Below, piece by piece: positions 15,107 through 17,106 of a stretch of DNA of 17,106 nt. A program made the position numbers and the translations under genes. This DNA is from Phycisphaerae bacterium SG8_4. Its GTDB lineage: Bacteria; Planctomycetota; Phycisphaerae; Sedimentisphaerales; Anaerobacaceae. The notes beneath the pieces are model-generated. The model worked only from the letters and a program-made list of their open reading frames with translations, had not been told where the DNA came from and did no database searches. Position 1 is the stretch's first letter; each line of letters begins with the position of its first letter. Where the stretch lies: the NCBI GenBank assembly GCA_001303465.1, contig LJTR01000041.1, forward strand, positions 1 through 17,106, written 5' to 3'.

Positions 15107-16168
15107 TTACTTTTTGACCAATTGGCTGTACACGGATCTTTTGCTGACGCCACCTCGGGAGCCACCCTCTGATCTTCTTTTGATATGCGCCAACAACCCG
15201 GATCGGCCTTGAACGGATCGCCGCTCGTTGCGTAGGAGAGACACTTTAGACAAGAGGTCACTGTGGTAGTATAGTTCAGCGAGCGGCGTTTCGGTGAGGT
15301 TCCCCACACGAATCGGCATGCGACGACATGGGTAGAGGTCGCCGTTAGCCTGGACCGTCAGAAGTGAATCGCCGGCAGTGCAGTGATAGGGTCTGCCGCC
15401 TGCCACGAGGAACTGAAGGGCCCGGTGCATTGCGATTTCGGTTCTCCCGAACCAGCGGCGCCTCGCCTGATTGCGGGCCTTGAGCATAGTCTCGAAGAAC
15501 TCTCGTGTTTCATCGGGCGTGAGCATCTGCTCGTGCAAACTCGAGCCGCTCCCTGTAGGGATGAGCCGGTCAGCCCAGAGGCGTGAGATTCTGAGCTTGC
15601 TTGCCAGCCGGGCAACCTCGGCAAACTCCCGGAAGTTGTCACGATGGGCCGTAAACGAGATGAAGGTTTCGATGCGCTCTGCCCTCAGAGATCTCACCGC
15701 CGCAACTGTTCGATCAAAGTTGCCTGGCCCGCGAATTCTGTCATGCGTTTCATGCGTACCTTCGATGCTCACCTGCACAAAGGCCGGGCCCAATCTGCGC
15801 AGCCGTCTGGCCATAACTGTATCGATGAAGCTCCCATTGGTGAGGATTGCAAAGCTGAAGTTCTCTCGCTTGGCCGCGAAAACCTCAAGCAAATCCAGAA
15901 AGTCCCGGCGAATAAAGGGCTCACCGCCGGTTACAGTCACATGTCCTCGAACCCGGCGTCCGCAGTCCTGTCTCCATGATTTCAGCAGATCAGTGAACTG
16001 ATCCAACACTTTGAGCAACTGCTTGAATCCGAGTTCAAGGCCGGCGTACTTGTCCTGGTAGCAGTGGGCGCACCTGAGGTTACATTGCTCAGTCAGGTGC
16101 CATTGAAGCAGCAATCCCGGCGGCACGTATCGCTCTTGACAACATATCCTCACTGTTTCCGTACTCAT
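15107..16168 (-). CDS. Radical SAM enzyme with a C-terminal twitch/partial-SPASM auxiliary-cluster motif; a putative peptide-maturase.
   Basis: The true start is ATG at 16166-16168 (MSTETVRICCQERY...), preceded by GGAGGA 9 nt upstream. CX3CX2C is CNLRCAHCY, followed by GGEPF. The C-terminal motif is CTAGDSLLTVQANGDLYPC (CX13GX4C). The ORF-track N-terminal extension MRGRLWRRRWLWRRW... is an alternate-frame reading of the upstream gene's GGC-rich tail and is not real. Confidence 0.9.
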   Translation of the reverse strand: MSTETVRICCQERYVPPGLLLQWHLTEQCNLRCAHCYQDKYAGLELGFKQLLKVLDQFTDLLKSWRQDCGRRVRGHVTVTGGEPFIRRDFLDLLEVFAAKRENFSFAILTNGSFIDTVMARRLRRLGPAFVQVSIEGTHETHDRIRGPGNFDRTVAAVRSLRAERIETFISFTAHRDNFREFAEVARLASKLRISRLWADRLIPTGSGSSLHEQMLTPDETREFFETMLKARNQARRRWFGRTEIAMHRALQFLVAGGRPYHCTAGDSLLTVQANGDLYPCRRMPIRVGNLTETPLAELYYHSDLLSKVSLLRNERRSVQGRSGLLAHIKRRSEGGSRGGVSKRSVYSQLVKK

Positions 16169-16173
16169 CAGGA

Positions 16174-17070
16174 CTATCCTCCACAACCACCACATCCGCC
16201 ACAGCCGCCGCCACCACAGCCACCGCCACCGCCGCCACAGCCACCTCCTCCTCCACAGCCGCCCCCGCAACCTCCATCGAAGTGACCACTGTGTCTGTCG
16301 GTCGCCGAAAGAACCGCCGTGCCAAAGATCGCGACGGAGAAGACAGGATTAACTTCGGAACTTCTCCAGAACCAATCGTGAGAGGTCGGCCTTCTTGGGC
16401 GGCCAAAGTGCCCTTTGAGGGCCTTGAGATAGCGACGTCCCAGTCGGGTCAGTTCAGTCCAGGGTTTCAAGGTAGCACACAGTACGATCAATGAAACGGG
16501 CAGCAGAACGGCGAGAAAGGTCGAAGGTTTTTGGCGTGTAATTCCCAGGTAGAGCTTCGTTCCTCCCACGGCCCCAATCACCAGAGCCGCGGCCAGCGCG
16601 ATCGCCCATGCCCGAGTCCTCTGGGCAGCGGTTCGCGTCAGATTCAGATCTGCAAATTCCTTATTGGTCGGTTCGAGCAGCCGTTCAATTGTCTCCTGAA
16701 GACCGGCAATGCGGGATACGGCTTGCGGGCTTGTCGATTTCTGCAGGCATTCGTAGACCGCCTTTTCAAAAGGATTCAAGAGCACTCTTCGCGCCGGTGC
16801 ATTTGTGGCCTCAAGTTCATCGTTGTAGATCTCGATTATCTTGCGGTCGCGCAGACTGAAGGCTGCGGTCTGGATCACTGCGGCCGGCCCTCCGCGCAGT
16901 GCCGCAATGGCAAATGGGTCAAAGCGGGCCAGATCCGGAAGAGGGCAGGAACCGGTACCGTCTGCATTGACGCACGCCCAGCTGCCGGCGATGCAGACAG
17001 CCGACAGGCCTGTAAAAACCAACAGAAAGGTCGGTCCCGGAATTCTCTTGAGCATCTCCACGGGCAGCAC
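16174..17070 (-). CDS. Polytopic membrane protein (at least 293 aa) with a C-terminal Gly/Cys low-complexity tail. It is possibly 5'-partial because the frame is still open at the window edge.
   Basis: Hydrophobic helices: TFLLVFTGLSAVCIAGSWA, AWAIALAAALVIGAVGG, FLAVLLPVSLIVLCATL, VFSVAIFGTAVLSA. The tail is HFDGGCGGGCGGGGGCGGGGGGCGGGGCGGCGGCGG, with stop TAG at 16174-16176. The ATG at 17055 (MLKRIPGP...) gives a signal or TM-like N-terminus. The GTG at 17070 is the ORF-track start. No in-frame stop occurs upstream through 17106. Confidence 0.8.
   Translation of the reverse strand: MLPVEMLKRIPGPTFLLVFTGLSAVCIAGSWACVNADGTGSCPLPDLARFDPFAIAALRGGPAAVIQTAAFSLRDRKIIEIYNDELEATNAPARRVLLNPFEKAVYECLQKSTSPQAVSRIAGLQETIERLLEPTNKEFADLNLTRTAAQRTRAWAIALAAALVIGAVGGTKLYLGITRQKPSTFLAVLLPVSLIVLCATLKPWTELTRLGRRYLKALKGHFGRPRRPTSHDWFWRSSEVNPVFSVAIFGTAVLSATDRHSGHFDGGCGGGCGGGGGCGGGGGGCGGGGCGGCGGCGG
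16177..16275. repeat. Imperfect (GGN/TGY)n low-complexity tract encoding the Gly/Cys tail. It causes spurious Pro-rich (+ strand) and Trp/Arg-rich (- strand) ORFs in the other frames.
   Basis: The tract ccacaaccaccacatccgccacagccgccgccaccacagccaccgccaccgccgccacagccacctcctcctccacagccgcccccgcaacctcc uses mixed Gly codons (GGA, GGT, GGC, GGG) and both Cys codons (TGT, TGC). The protein sequence is therefore conserved without the DNA being a pure microsatellite. Confidence 0.7.
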
Positions 17071-17106
17071 GTATTCAGCTTCAACCCGCTCGGATGACTC
17101 AAATTC

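Noticed and set aside
16169-16270. The Trp/Arg-rich N-terminal extension (MRGRLWRRRWLWRRW...) of the radical-SAM ORF in the ORF track.
   Set aside because: It is another frame of the same repeat. The genuine start is the ATG at 16168, which has a GGAGGA RBS and lies 5 nt after the upstream stop.
16064-16285. A 73-aa + strand ORF encoding a Pro-rich peptide (PQPPHPPQPPPPQPP...).
   Set aside because: It is the antisense alternate-frame reading of the GGC-rich Gly/Cys tail tract. It has no RBS or other context, and the - strand frame is continuous with a convincing membrane protein.
16531-17097. A 188-aa + strand ORF (MACNSQVELRSSHGPNHQSRGQRDR...) opposite the Gly/Cys-tail membrane protein.
   Set aside because: It is Arg/Cys/Gly-rich from the antisense of a GC-rich gene. 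The - strand frame has clear TM helices and operon context.
1-17106. Search for CRISPR arrays, tRNA or rRNA genes, IS elements or integrases.
   Set aside because: There are no direct-repeat/spacer periodicities, no tRNA-like cloverleaf candidates, and no transposase or integrase-like ORFs. The block looks chromosomal or accessory rather than mobile.

Overview
The window is 17.1 kb of moderately GC-rich bacterial DNA, probably from an uncultured or metagenomic organism. There are no rRNA or tRNA genes, no CRISPR array and no obvious mobile elements. Apart from two + strand genes at the left edge, every gene (about 1.75-17.1 kb) is on the - strand, and most show tight spacing or coupled start and stop codons.

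Left edge (+ strand):
- A 5'-truncated C-terminal fragment of a c-type cytochrome, with a CTPCH heme-binding motif.
- A secreted protein with an Asp-box (BNR-like) motif.

Gene order reading along the - strand:
1. A polytopic membrane protein whose C-terminus is a Cys/Gly low-complexity tail, HFDGG-C-GGG-C-GGGGG-C-GGGGGG-C-GGGG-C-GG-C-GG-C-GG*. Its frame is still open at the window edge.
2. Five nucleotides later, a radical-SAM enzyme with CX3CX2C plus a twitch/partial-SPASM CX13GX4C motif. Its ribosome-binding site is made by the last Gly codons of the tail.
3. A Polbeta-superfamily nucleotidyltransferase about the size of kanamycin nucleotidyltransferase.
4. A membrane protein whose periplasmic TAXI-family solute-binding domain sits between two TM helices and is followed by a cytoplasmic helical tail.
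5. A small lipoprotein.
6. A 415-nt leader.
7. A nine-kilobase block: PspA/IM30 paralog 3, PspA paralog 2, an NfeD/YqiJ-like membrane protein, a 662-aa flotillin/SPFH protein, a 1785-aa giant AAA+ (MoxR/AAA_5-like) P-loop ATPase, and a third PspA paralog.

Two candidate systems stand out. First, a membrane-remodelling or membrane-stress module combining three ESCRT-III-superfamily PspA paralogs, flotillin, NfeD and a giant AAA+ ATPase. Second, a RiPP-like cassette in which a radical-SAM/twitch maturase and a nucleotidyltransferase lie directly downstream of a membrane protein carrying a (Gly)n-Cys tail. To my knowledge the second is not a characterised system.

The ORF track translates GTG and TTG starts as M; several starts below were adjusted using RBS evidence. 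Many listed ORFs are antisense or repeat-frame artefacts.
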